From: Asterionella formosa
Taxonomy: Eukaryota
Reading direction: 5' to 3'
NCBI GenBank assembly: GCA_002256025.1
Contig: NKIB01015225.1
Location: 1 to 37,493, forward strand
DNA: 37,493 nucleotides
Part shown: positions 11,496 to 22,706 of the stretch, piece after piece
Position numbering within the stretch: the stretch's first letter is position 1
Layout of the letters: the number at the start of each line of letters is the position of its first letter
The notes under the pieces: generated by a model
Databases searched by the model: none
What the model was told of the DNA's origin: nothing
The model's input: only the letters and a program-made list of their open reading frames with translations
Program-made: the position numbers and the translations under genes

Positions 11496-13714
11496 ATGGA
11501 CGGACAAAAGTCTATGAATCGAGTGATATCTGAAAACTCTCTAGTCGGGTATCAGATAACCCGAGAAGCGAGAAATTTAGACTCCACAGCTGCCATGGTG
11601 GAAGTGGACGACGACGACGACTACTGCAGCGACAACAATATGGAAGAGTATACTCCATTGGCGAATATTGCCAATGCTGCCTCTCGCACTTCTACAGCAG
11701 CATCCAGTTTATCCGGAGACGAAGACGTTATCAAAATGGACGTTACAATTCCGCTTGACACGCCTCCACAATCTCTACTACGTCGCCACGCAGATAGAAT
11801 GAATCGATCGGATTCCAGAGCAAGCGACACGTCTTCCTCCGGATCTGTAAGAAATTCGGTCAGTGGAAATTGGGGCTGGTTCGAAGACGTGCACGGCGGA
11901 GAAGCTGCATCTGGCTCCAATAAGAATGCAGATTTCAACAAGAGGTTAAAGAAGGCTACCGGTAATTTGTTGACGAACGTTGTTCCTTCGTCCGCTGGCG
12001 CAGGTGAGTCTAATGAATCGTCGCTGGGTTGGTGACGTCACATCATCGGCTCGGTGGCCTATTTTTTCTCCACCTTCATCGCTGTATATACTGCAATATA
12101 TTGTTTGGTCATGAGCCTTCAATGAGAATCCTATTTTGTCAATTTTGTTCCTCTTTAGCGGTCGCTACGATTATTTTGTACTGGTTTCGGAATTCTCTCG
12201 ATCGTAAGGCAAACGTGAAAAAAAATCTACCTTACACTCGTTGGGCTTCCTACCGGAATTGTGTTTCTAAAAAATGAGAGGCTTCGCAACGTCTTCTTGG
12301 CTACGTTTTCTTCGCTTGCTTGTATGGATCCGTTTTACAAATTCGTCGCCTTCTCATCATGAAGAGTTTTCCTTCGGCTAGTTTACCGGTCTTTGTGCAA
12401 TTCGCAACAATGGTCGATGTGAACCCACAAGATGCCATCGAAAATCCTGAGGATCCAAGCAACTTGCAAATCAAAGCAGTTGCCTGCAATCTGAGCAAGA
12501 TATCTTTAGGTACTTTCTGGCATTGTTTCTTGCTCATTGAAGATTCGTTTGCAGAAGATTGTTTTGTTAAAATTTGAGGCTCACCACGTTTACCTGCGTT
12601 GTGTTTCATATACAGAAGCGGCAGCTATGGCAGTCACTGCACCACATTACGTGCTTGAAGAGTCACTTTCAACTCAACTTTTATGGAAATATACAGCCGG
12701 AAATAGACCGCCTCAGCCAGTTGAAGAGAGGGCATTTTACGAGAAGATGTGGGCGCAAAACTTTGTGAGATCCAACGTGAACTATCAAATGCCTGTTGAT
12801 GTTCTCACTGCAGCGTCTCCAATATCACTGTCGCCCTTTGCTGACGGAAACTTTGACGAGAATGGAGCTGGGGGAGAACTTAGCAACTACAATTTAGCGT
12901 ATTGCGAGGCAGATGGTAGTAAGACGACTGCAGATGTTGCAGAGGCAACGCTAATGAGTCGTATGCACGACCCTGCGAAAGGCAAGGACTTTCACCATCA
13001 AAATCTCGAGCCTCATGTGAATCGAAGTATTGTTAATCAAAAGGTCAAAGAGGATGGAAGTGATGATGTCTTGACGGTCTTGGTTAGAGGTGACAATGTA
13101 TTTGGGACAACTGTGAGCAAATCTTTTCCCTATACTATAGACGGTGGTAGTACCATCCAAGGTGTTGACACTGTCAATATTTCAGTCGCAAGTTACCGAG
13201 TAGTTGAGGTAAGATTCAAAGAATAACTTCACGGAAATGCAAAACCCTTTCTTTCTTTGGACAATTCAACTGAGAGTCTGGTTTTCTAACCTCTTTTCTT
13301 GTTTTATAGTCCAAGAAGCATGGGAAGTATGCTCAGTTCTTAGTCATTTACCGTGAGGGTAGCATCCGAGACACCATCGGTGTTTGGAAACGCTATTCCG
13401 ATTTCAAGGATCTTAGCAAGAAGGTTGAAGGTGCGCACGAGTCATGTTCTTCAGTAATAGCCAATTTATCACCCCTTCATATTACTGAAGAGCAGGACGT
13501 GGAGATTCTTCCTAATGCAATAACAAGTTGGCGACTTCTAAAAAAACGGCAACGCTGGTATCGATGTCTTGATGCTGGATACCTTTCACTTAAGGTGTTT
13601 TTGCTCGAGCGTTTCCTTCACGATATCCTTTTCGAAAGCTCCTCTCCCAGGCTCCTTCGGGAATTCGTTGGTAAAGACGCTGTAACAAATGTTTCCGATG
13701 ATGACTCATACTAA
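11496..13714 (+). CDS. PX (phox homology) domain protein, 3 exons (11496-12003, 12616-13208, 13310-13714), ~501 aa
   Basis: GT-AG introns 12004-12615 (GTGAGT...TACAG) and 13209-13309 (GTAAGA...CTAAC...TATAG) join the three segments in frame. The spliced C-terminus reads SYRVVESKKHGKYAQFLVIY...VWKRYSDF...LLERFLHDIL...LLREFV, the PX R-Y-S-D-F signature. An alternative start at 11514 is possible. Confidence 0.85.
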
Positions 13715-14321
13715 ACGATAGCTCAGATAGCCAACACAATGTTGCCTTTACATTCTTGAAATTGCACTGGTGTTTTTCTGTTAGTTTTGATCTGTAAAAT
13801 TATAGTTTTTCTTTTTAGCTCCCTTCCTCCTTTTCCCTTGACTTCCAATGAACTCATTCCTCTCACGTTCTTGAATCGAGAATGCTGAATTTAAACAGAC
13901 AGCAAATTCAACGGTTTAACATCGTTTGCGTACTTGAAATTTTCTTCACACCTCACACGTTTCTTTCGAGTGAGAAATGGATCTTCCAAACCCCAAACTC
14001 AACAGCTGCAAATTCTCGGACATCAGAACAACAAAAGAAACATTTTGTCAAACAATTTGGAAGGCAATCAAGCAGCTTTGGAAAACGCGGTGTTGTTTGA
14101 ATAGGTGGCCTCAATGACAGGTCAGCCAGGTGACTACACAAAAAATGTCCAGGACCGTCGAAAATGAGATAGCAAACTTTGATTCAGTTCGTGCATCGAT
14201 CACAATGACAAGACTACAAATATTTCATTGATTACACACACGTAGCTCGAGGTGTTCCTAAATTCAACTTATTATTACGAATAATGATTTCGGTCTCACA
14301 ACCTACCGAGTCCCCAAAACA

Positions 14322-16382
14322 TTATGAAGTTTGCGAATAGCCCATATTGCGCTTATATGTCAGCTTCTCGGCTACGGTTACTCGATCCTTTGTCCAGTTG
14401 CCTGAACTCGTTCGTTTCTTGTATCGATCTTTTGTCCTGTCAAATATTGCTTCCAGGTCGCATGTTTCTACTTCTGTGAAGATCACATCTGGATCAAGTT
14501 TATTCCCTTCCTTACTGTTGTCATATTGACTTCTCAAGGCATCAAGAAGCTTCGATTTTTGAGCCCACTCTGGGATCTGGTTGAGGATAGAAACAGTGTG
14601 GTCAGATTTATACAATTGAAAGTGGTATACAAGGGAGAAATGAGCCTACCTTCTTATGCTCTTTAGACTCGTCCCCTTCGCTATCAGATTCACTCTCGCT
14701 TTCTTCTCGATCCGACATCTCGTACGTATCCATCGGTGAGCGTAACGTCAACTCATATTCTCCATTCGCTGCTTCGGGGGTCGTCGTCTTTCGAGCTTGG
14801 GACATGTTGGCATCAACAATTGATTCATTTTTAATTTTTACCGATGTAACCGGGACGACTGGTAAACAGCTTTGGGCACTCGTAGATAAGGGCTTAATAA
14901 GATGGCTTGATGAAAGCGGTTGTGTATTCAGCGTAGCATGTTTCTCTCGCATCTTTGCAGCCAGCGTTTGTTTTTTGAGATCTAGCCCGCTAGTCGTGGC
15001 TGACGACGTGTTGAGCAATTTGGTAGATGAAAGCACAGGGATATTTTTCTTTGGCTCTGATATCGTCGAAGAAACCGGTTTGCTCTTTCCTCTCATGTCA
15101 GCCAATCGTTGCTTCCGAGCCTCCGCTAGCTGCTGAGCTTTGTTTTGTACCTTCGACATTGTTTGCGGTCCTGATTCACAAGGTGATTTGCTTTCAGCTG
15201 ACGAAATAACTTCCTTGACAGAAGAGTTCAGAAAGGCTTTATTCGTCGTCTTCGCACTAGGATCAAAAATAGGACCAGGGAAGGTCTCTGATTTTGACTT
15301 CGTTGGCATGATGGTTGTAGCTGTCATCACAATTTTTTTCTTTAGAGATGTGCTAATCGGCTCCGTAATTTGTGGGTTGCTGATTGTAAACGCAACAACT
15401 GGACTTGTTTTCTTGATCCTCGATTTTGGTGATAACGCACGAATTGCACTTTGGACAAACGTTTGAACAATCACGCCGGTTCGACTTTTTTCGACTTTCA
15501 TATCAGCAGGTTTTGCCAGTTCCCTGTGCTGAGCGATCTGCTCTTCTTTCTGGGCTACGGCCAACTGAACTCGGGACTTCATCTGACTAGGTTCATTGGT
15601 CTGCTGAACTCTCTTGAGCTCATTGGTCTCCGGTACTCTCTCGAGAACCTTGCCTCTCTCTTCCATAATTTCAGGGCCTTTCTCATCGGCGACATCGTTC
15701 ATCTCTGAATCTTTGATACTGTCAGTAGACATGCGTTTGACATCAGGTGATTTGACAAAATTGACTACCGGCTCGGAAAGGATTGCATGCTCGTTTGCTA
15801 CCATGATGATCTCTTCTTCTTCCTCGCTTTCATCCTCTCCATCATTTTTAGAGTAGTGATTAAGAAGTCGATTTTGCAAATCTCTTTTGAGACCTGTTGC
15901 CTCCAATCCGACAGATTTGATTTCCTTCCGCAGCTCCTTGACATTCATCGACATAATTTCCAAGTATCTAGGGTGCCACTTTTCTAGTTCAGAATGAGGC
16001 TTTGGATCATCCATTGACTTCTGAATGATATTCACCCCTTCGGGGTATTTGTTCTCCTTGTCGATTGCGTGCTCAGCTACTTCTGCCCTGATTCTCTTTG
16101 AGTTGGAGGCCCCAGTGTCACTTCCCTCAAGAATCTTCCGCTTGCATGACTTGAAGGGCAAGCAAATGAGATGAGAATTTGGGTTATGTTTTCAAATCAT
16201 GAACCATATCATTCAATCCATGCACAGCGAATTCAATTTACCTCAAAAATCTCCTGCATCCAGAGACATGTCGTTTCGTAGTGTTCTGTCATCCGAACAT
16301 CACTCTCAAGCCGCCTTTCGTGTAGCGACGTTACAACATCCACGATGCACTCCTGGGGCGTGATACCTTTGGTTCTCGCCAT
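14322..16382 (-). CDS. INCENP: INCENP-like chromosomal passenger protein with a SAP domain, 3 exons (16382-16242, 16149-14650, 14576-14322), ~631 aa
   Basis: Phase-0 GT-AG introns of 92 and 73 nt. C-terminal IN-box IPEWAQ..L...L..Q....DPD.IF......DLEAIF.....YKKRTSSGNW, preceded by SPMDTYEMSD and an acidic tract. SAP motif MNVKELRKEIKSVGLEATGLKRDLQNRL. Confidence 0.88.
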
Positions 16383-17087
16383 GGTCGACTCCTATCTGAC
16401 GACACCAGGGACAAGGCGAAGAATCTAGAAATGCAAGCGAGCGAAGGACGCGAGCCAAAATATGTTGTAACGACAACATCAACGACCCTTTTGTCGGCGC
16501 AAACGGCCATTAGAACGATTAATGCTCGTCTTCATTTTGTATATAATTCAAATGTTCGATTCGTCAATCCTGTGTCACTCAGTATCGTATGCTTCTATGT
16601 ACCAGGTACCTGGTACGCTCCCATAAATTCTACATTATCAATTACGAGGTACCAGTACCAGAACGACCAATACATCCCTGCCGGTACATGACATTTGGAG
16701 AGCGAACCGTGGTGCCCTTTCTATTTCACGTAGATTCCAGTTTTTCAGCCATCGTATCCTATCTTAGTATCTGTAGGTTTTCGCAGCCATGATACTCTAC
16801 TTACTGGTATCATCACGTTCCGCCGTGCGAACAGCGTGTCATGCCTGTCCCGGTTCATTTTTATATCAACTGATAATCGGAAAACCGGGTACGGTAATAA
16901 TCCGAGGGGGACCCAAGAGACCACCATACCAAATTTCCATTACAGTCATTGGAATGATGTGATATACTACCCGTACCAGGTACTGATACCACCAACTATA
17001 GCCTTATAGCCTTCTGGACATATCTACCAGTACAAAGTGGAATAGGAGAAGTCATCAGTGGCTTCATATCTCCGAAGCAACGAACGA

Positions 17088-17945
17088 ATGAAGAAGCTTG
17101 TAATATTTGGTGCATTGTTCGTCGTTTCAGAGGCCTTCTCGCAGCAACTGACTAGGCGAGATGCCCTTTCTACAGTAGGGATCGCAACGGCTTCTTTTCC
17201 ATCCATTGCTCTTGCAGGCGACAGCCTGGCTACCAAGCTCAGTAAGAAAGATCCTGCTGCTCTGAAGAACTCAGTTTTCAATCTGCCACCCTCGGCACAA
17301 ATATTTCCAGATTGGATGAAGGGGTCCTGGCAAGTCACGTCCAAGTATGGAGGCTATTTGTTTCCATCGAAAGCCATCCCGCGAGACCGACTTACTCAAG
17401 ATTTCGCTATTCCTGGTTTCCAAAAATGCTCCATAGCAGGCACAAGCGACGTTGGACTAGATAGAGTCGACTACCAAATGACTATCCTTGAGAATGGTTT
17501 GGAAGACAGACAGTCTACACTAGCATCGCAGATAAATGCCCATCTTGGTTACGATGCTGTGGCACATGTCCTCTATGATGCACGATCTAATCCCAATAGG
17601 ATCTCGGTCGATTTCGTGGACTACAAGACTATCAATGCTGAACGCATCGAGCTATTCATCAACGGTAGAGAACAAGAAGTTGTTCATCGTGACGGTGTTC
17701 CCACATTTCTTCATTCGGAGTATACTCGACAAGTCACATTTGGAACTGGATCAACTGTTGGCATACCACGACAAGTTGGTGGCAACTACGCTCATTTTTG
17801 GACTTGGCGACAAGTTGACGAGAATCATCTGACAGGGAACCTCTTGACAGCTGCATATTTAGATCCTCAAGATTCACTATTTTTCGACGAGCCATCCAAG
17901 CCAGTGGCAGTATATTCTCATGTTCTGAGTGCGACTAGAATATGA
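17088..17945 (+). CDS. Predicted thylakoid-lumen protein of unknown function (DUF6816-like), 285 aa
   Basis: First ATG at 17088. Signal peptide ends SEA|F, then a twin-arginine RRDAL, a hydrophobic stretch and ALA|G. The motif 'IFPDWMKGSWQVTS...FP' recalls DUF6816 proteins (by eye). Confidence 0.8.
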   Translation: MKKLVIFGALFVVSEAFSQQLTRRDALSTVGIATASFPSIALAGDSLATKLSKKDPAALKNSVFNLPPSAQIFPDWMKGSWQVTSKYGGYLFPSKAIPRDRLTQDFAIPGFQKCSIAGTSDVGLDRVDYQMTILENGLEDRQSTLASQINAHLGYDAVAHVLYDARSNPNRISVDFVDYKTINAERIELFINGREQEVVHRDGVPTFLHSEYTRQVTFGTGSTVGIPRQVGGNYAHFWTWRQVDENHLTGNLLTAAYLDPQDSLFFDEPSKPVAVYSHVLSATRI

Positions 17946-18104
17946 TAACTTAGCCAACAAACGAACAAATATACCATACTGACACAGCAAGGCACCTTAA
18001 GCAACTTTCCATACAGCTTTGAGTTTGTTATATGGTGCAGAGTCTTCCTGTGACTTGCAGCAGAATGATGGATCATAACATGATCCATTTGCTGTTCCTT
18101 TGTT

Positions 18105-19250
18105 TTACATTCCTGCCCTTGGTTCCACTTCAATTACTGCCGCTGCTCCCATTCCAGTTCCGATACACATGCTCACCACTCCATAACGTTTCTTTTCTCG
18201 GTGCATCTCATACAGCAAAGTCGCAATCTGTCTCGCTCCAGTGCATCCTAGCGGATGTCCCAATGCAATCGCACCACCATTCGGGTTGACTTTGTCGATT
18301 GGTATCTTTAATTCCTCCACACACCACGTTGCTTGTGATGCAAAAGCTTCATTAATTTCAAAGATATCAATATCAGCCACTGAAAGCTCACACTGCTTCA
18401 AAACTGCTGGAATAGCAACAGCCGGTCCAATCCCCATGATGCGGGGAGGGACTGACTTGACAGCAAAACCTCGCCAAACTCCCAAAATCGGCAATCCCCG
18501 ATTAATTGCTTCTTTTCTTGTCATCAACACGACAGCGGCAGCTCCGTCAGTTGTTTGACTTGAATTTCCAGCTGTTGTGAGCCCGTCCTTATCAAACACC
18601 GGTTTCAAGTTGGCCAAAATCTCAAATGTGGTTTGAGGCCGAATCCCATCGTCTTGACTTACTCCAGCTACTGGTACAATTTCAGCGTCGAATTTTCCCG
18701 CCTTTTGCGCAGCGGCTGCCTTTAGATGCGAGGCTACAGCAAATCGATCCAAGTCCATGCGGTTCAATCCATAGTCCTTACTAACATTCTCTGATGTGAC
18801 TCCCATTGGTGTTAAGCAGTCCATAGCTTCCTTCGTCATATAATTCCAGTCCACATCTGGTGGTTCCATCTTGTTCATTGGCGTTCTTGTCATACTTTCC
18901 ACACCACATCCAATACCGATTTTCATTGTTCCCGCGGCAATGGCATCGGCAATTTTCGCGACAGCCGAGAGTCCCGATGCACACTGCCTATTGACCGACA
19001 CAGTACTTCCACCGACACCAGCATTCAACTGCGCCATTCTCCATGCCGCAGTAGGACCCCCCAAGACGTTTCCAACGCATACGTCGTCCACATCGTCCTT
19101 AGCCAATTGAGCACGGCGCATGGATTCCAGCAAGACGGTTGTGAGAAGTGTTCCGGCATCCACGTGAGCCAGTCCGCCCTTTCGAGAGCGACAAAGAGGG
19201 GTTCGGCATGCGCTGACGATGACAACGTCGGAATCTCGGGGCTGTGGCAT
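18105..19250 (-). CDS. 3-ketoacyl-CoA thiolase (acetyl-CoA C-acyltransferase), peroxisomal-type, 381 aa
   Basis: VNRQCASGL (catalytic Cys), TAGNSSQTTDGAAA, EINEAFASQ, NPNGGAIALGHPLGCTGARQ, SMCIGTGMGAA. First ATG at 19250 (the track start is TTG). Confidence 0.95.
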   Translation of the reverse strand: MPQPRDSDVVIVSACRTPLCRSRKGGLAHVDAGTLLTTVLLESMRRAQLAKDDVDDVCVGNVLGGPTAAWRMAQLNAGVGGSTVSVNRQCASGLSAVAKIADAIAAGTMKIGIGCGVESMTRTPMNKMEPPDVDWNYMTKEAMDCLTPMGVTSENVSKDYGLNRMDLDRFAVASHLKAAAAQKAGKFDAEIVPVAGVSQDDGIRPQTTFEILANLKPVFDKDGLTTAGNSSQTTDGAAAVVLMTRKEAINRGLPILGVWRGFAVKSVPPRIMGIGPAVAIPAVLKQCELSVADIDIFEINEAFASQATWCVEELKIPIDKVNPNGGAIALGHPLGCTGARQIATLLYEMHREKKRYGVVSMCIGTGMGAAAVIEVEPRAGM

Positions 19251-20059
19251 GTTTGGTTGAAGAGGAGGACAGAATATTGGGCAGAGGCGTTCTCCAACCA
19301 CGTTTTTCAATGTTGAGTGATGTCAAGGCAATGAAAATCCATATCATCACATCAATTATTTATTTTACTGATGAACAATATACCGGGATTCACTGTTGTG
19401 GTACATACTGGTACAAGTTGCACGATGTACCGGTATGCAATTAGGCAATAATCATGCCAACCTGCATAGCCGTACCCCTGGTACCAGGGTACCAGATACC
19501 ACCTAGTGGTGCCGGTACCACCTTCTATACTACCGGTAACTATAAAGTAACACCAGGTTCAGGAAGTACATGCCCGTAGATAGGTCGGGATCTTTGTTTT
19601 CTTGTTCCTCGTCTTCGTCTGCCTTTGCGATCATTGACGAGTGAAGTCGAATGAGTCGTCCATTCAACAGGAGTACCGTTACATACCCGTACCTGGTACC
19701 AGGTAACAGGGGTACCTGGCACCCTGTTACTACCTGGTACCAGTACCCTGCTACCAGGTACGCCACTTGTGCAGAATGAAGAACCAAAGATGCGAACTCT
19801 GAGCGAAGGGCTGCTACAGGCAGAATTACGGTATGTATGTACATAGGCATAAGGGGGCAGAAGCAGAAGCAGATGTAACCATTTCTAATTAATTGCCCAT
19901 CGACTGTGGCTGCGTGCTTTTCTTACGCCGTATCATCGGCATTCTGCTTGCTTGCCCGGACGACCTTGCTGTATTGCTTGTTGCAAAAGCCATGCTACCA
20001 GGTACTATTTCGGAAAAAAATAGATTTGGTCCCAAGTTTTTAGCAATTCAACCGGAACC

Positions 20060-21320
20060 ATGCTATCATCTCTTGCTCGATCTAGCACTGGTAGGCGTCA
20101 TGTGGTAAGTTTCTTTGCATAGACCCTTCTTATTGATGTATCACGTGAGGGTGACGAGATAGAAGCAGAAAAGAAAAACGCTCAGCGCGAAAACCAACAA
20201 ACCGATTTTACTGCAACCGCCTAATTCACCTGGAACAGCCATTCAATGCATCGATCTAACCCACCGACCACCCACACAACCAAAGCTCACCGCCGCCACC
20301 TCCCGCTCGATGGCCACCATTCAAATGACGGTCCGCGAGGCCATCTGCGAAGCAATCGACGAAGAAATGGAACGCGATGAGGGAGTCTTTATTCTCGGAG
20401 AGGAAGTCGCTCAATATCAAGGCGCCTACAAAGTCACCAAGGGACTCTACCAGAAATATGGAGACAAGCGCGTTATCGACACTCCCATTACGGAAATGGG
20501 ATTCACCGGCCTTGCCATTGGAGCGTCCTTTCACAACTTGAGGCCCATTGTAGAATTCATGACCATCAACTTTTCCATGCAGGCGATTGATCAAGTCATC
20601 AACTCTGCTGCCAAGCAGTACTATATGAGTGCTGGGAACTTGCCATGTCCTATTGTATTCAGAGGACCGAACGGAAATGCAGCTGGAACTGCTGCCCAGC
20701 ATTCGCAGTGCTTCGCTGCCTGGTACTCTTCTTGTCCTGGTCTCAAAGTGTTGTCACCATATTCGTCAGAAGATGCAAAGGGACTCATGAAGGCGGCCAT
20801 TCGGGATCCGAATCCAGTCATGATTTTGGAGCACGAGCTCATGTACGGTGTGTCCTTCGATATGTCTGACGAAGCGCAATCCAAGGACTTTTGTATTCCT
20901 ATTGGCAAGGCAAAGATTGAACGTGCAGGATCCGACGTCACTATCGTTACCTTTTCAAAAATGGTTGGCTTGGCCTTGGAAACCGCAGAACTCATGTCTC
21001 AAAAGGGAGTCTCTGTTGAAGTTATTAACCTACGGTCCATTCGCCCAATTGACAGAGACTGCATCATCAAGTCCGTCATAAAGACGGGCCGCTGTGTCTC
21101 GATCGAGACTGGCTGGCCCCAGTGCGGGATTGGGAGTGAAATCGCTGCCATATTGATGGAATCAGAAGCCTTCAACTATTTGGATGCGCCCTTTGAACGA
21201 GTCACCGGAGCGGATGTACCCATGCCATATGCAGCTGACTTGGAGGAAGCTGCCTTGCCACAAGTGGCAGATGTTGTTGCTGCCATTGAGCGAACAACTT
21301 TCCGCAAAATTGCGGCTTAG
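20060..21320 (+). CDS. PDHB: Pyruvate dehydrogenase E1 beta subunit, mitochondrial, 2 exons (20060-20104, 20286-21320), ~359 aa
   Basis: [50 protein letters not shown]. Intron 20105-20285 (GTAAGT...CTAAC...AAAG) yields the presequence [25 protein letters not shown], typical of mitochondrial import. Confidence 0.96.
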
Positions 21321-21600
21321 ATGGGATATGCAAATGCTGCAGCAGGTTTCAATCATGGTATTTGTGACAAGTTGGTTCAGGGAAGCAGTAGACTTTATTG
21401 AAGAACTTTAGGTGTTTGGATCAACAAAAATGACCACAGCTAATACATATGATAAATGTTGTCAGGCTCTGTTTGTAGTGCCTACTGGCTAGTTCAGCAT
21501 TCATTCGATACTCTACTAGAGCTGCTGAATGGCTTTACCTATTAGTGTGTTGCTCTGGCATTGATCCACTTGTTGTTGCCGTAACTGTATACCTCGTTTC

Positions 21601-21784
21601 CACGTCTTCTGAAAACAAGATATGCCTGCTCAAGGATGAAATCTTAACAGATGGAAAATGGAGCATAGGAACAGAAACCTACGTCAAGCAGGCACGTCTT
21701 CTGAAAACAAGATATGCCTGCTCAAGGATGAAATCTTAACAGATGGAAAATGGAGCATAGGAACAGAAACCTACGTCAAGCAGG
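21601..21784 (+). repeat. Perfect 92-bp tandem duplication
   Basis: 21601-21692 is identical to 21693-21784, and CAC recurs at 21785-21787. Confidence 0.95.
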
Positions 21785-22706
21785 CACTTGAAAGGGTGTG
21801 TATCCTACTAGGCCATCAGGAACTAGGAAAGGAAAAGACACCCATGTCATCTACCTTTCATCCAGAGCTAGATGAGTTGCCACCACTGGATTGTGAGAAA
21901 TATAGGCTGTACCAACAATTAGTTGGCATTGCCCAGTGGTTCATAACATGTGGTAAGTTTAACTTGTGCTATGCGATTTCATCCTTGAGCAGGTACAGCT
22001 TGGCTCCATGGGAAAATCATCTGAAATGGCTTGAGCGCGTGTTCAAGTATATCAACAAGAACAAGGCTCTTGCTATCTGGATTGACCCAGCTAACTAAAG
22101 ATTACCTGATATCACCCTCATGAATGAGGGTGCAGACTGGAGCAAAGAATACTCTGGTGCGATAGAATAATTTGATGGAACTAAGTACAACAATATACTT
22201 CAATTAGGACCATCCCCATGACCAAAAGACCTGGCAATCAATTACTGGTATGATAGCCTATATTGCTTCTACTCCAGTAACTTGGGCGTCCAAACATCAG
22301 GGAGTCATAGCAACAAGCACTTACACAGTTGAGTTATGCGCTGGAAGGGTCGTGTTGGAAGAAGCTTTCAGCATTAGATACATGTTAAGATCCTTGGGTG
22401 TGCCAAGAATCACACAATCGATTCTGCTGCTCGGCGATAGTCTGGGATCACTCATCAGTGGGTTGACACCAGGATCATCATTTAAGAAAAATATTAATTT
22501 TCACTATGAGCAAGAATGTTTTGCTGCTAAGATTATTCAACTTGTGAAGGTAGACACAAAGTTAAACTTAGCGATGCTTTCATAAAAGCCATCGACTCAT
22601 CTACATTACTTGACCAGGAGTTGACATTTCATGTAGCTGTATGGGTTCTCTGAGATATTGATTCATAAAAACACATCTAATCATATACATCCATAGCTTT
22701 AGGGGT
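21601..22706 (+). mobile_element. Ty1/copia (CoDi-like) reverse transcriptase-RNase H remnant ending at a polypurine tract
   Basis: WSIGTETYVKQAL...TPMSSTFHPELD...YQQLVGIAQW...AISSLSRY..AP..HL...RVFKY and TPVTWASKHQGVIATSTY..EL...RYMLRSLGVP...GD; stops and frameshifts present. AGGGG (22701-22705) is followed by TGTC at 22707, the putative 3' LTR start. Confidence 0.9.

Noticed and set aside
14804..15987. Several plus-strand ORFs (and similar short ORFs over tyrS, thiolase, PDHB and copine)
   Set aside because: They are antisense or alternative-frame shadows of well-supported genes.
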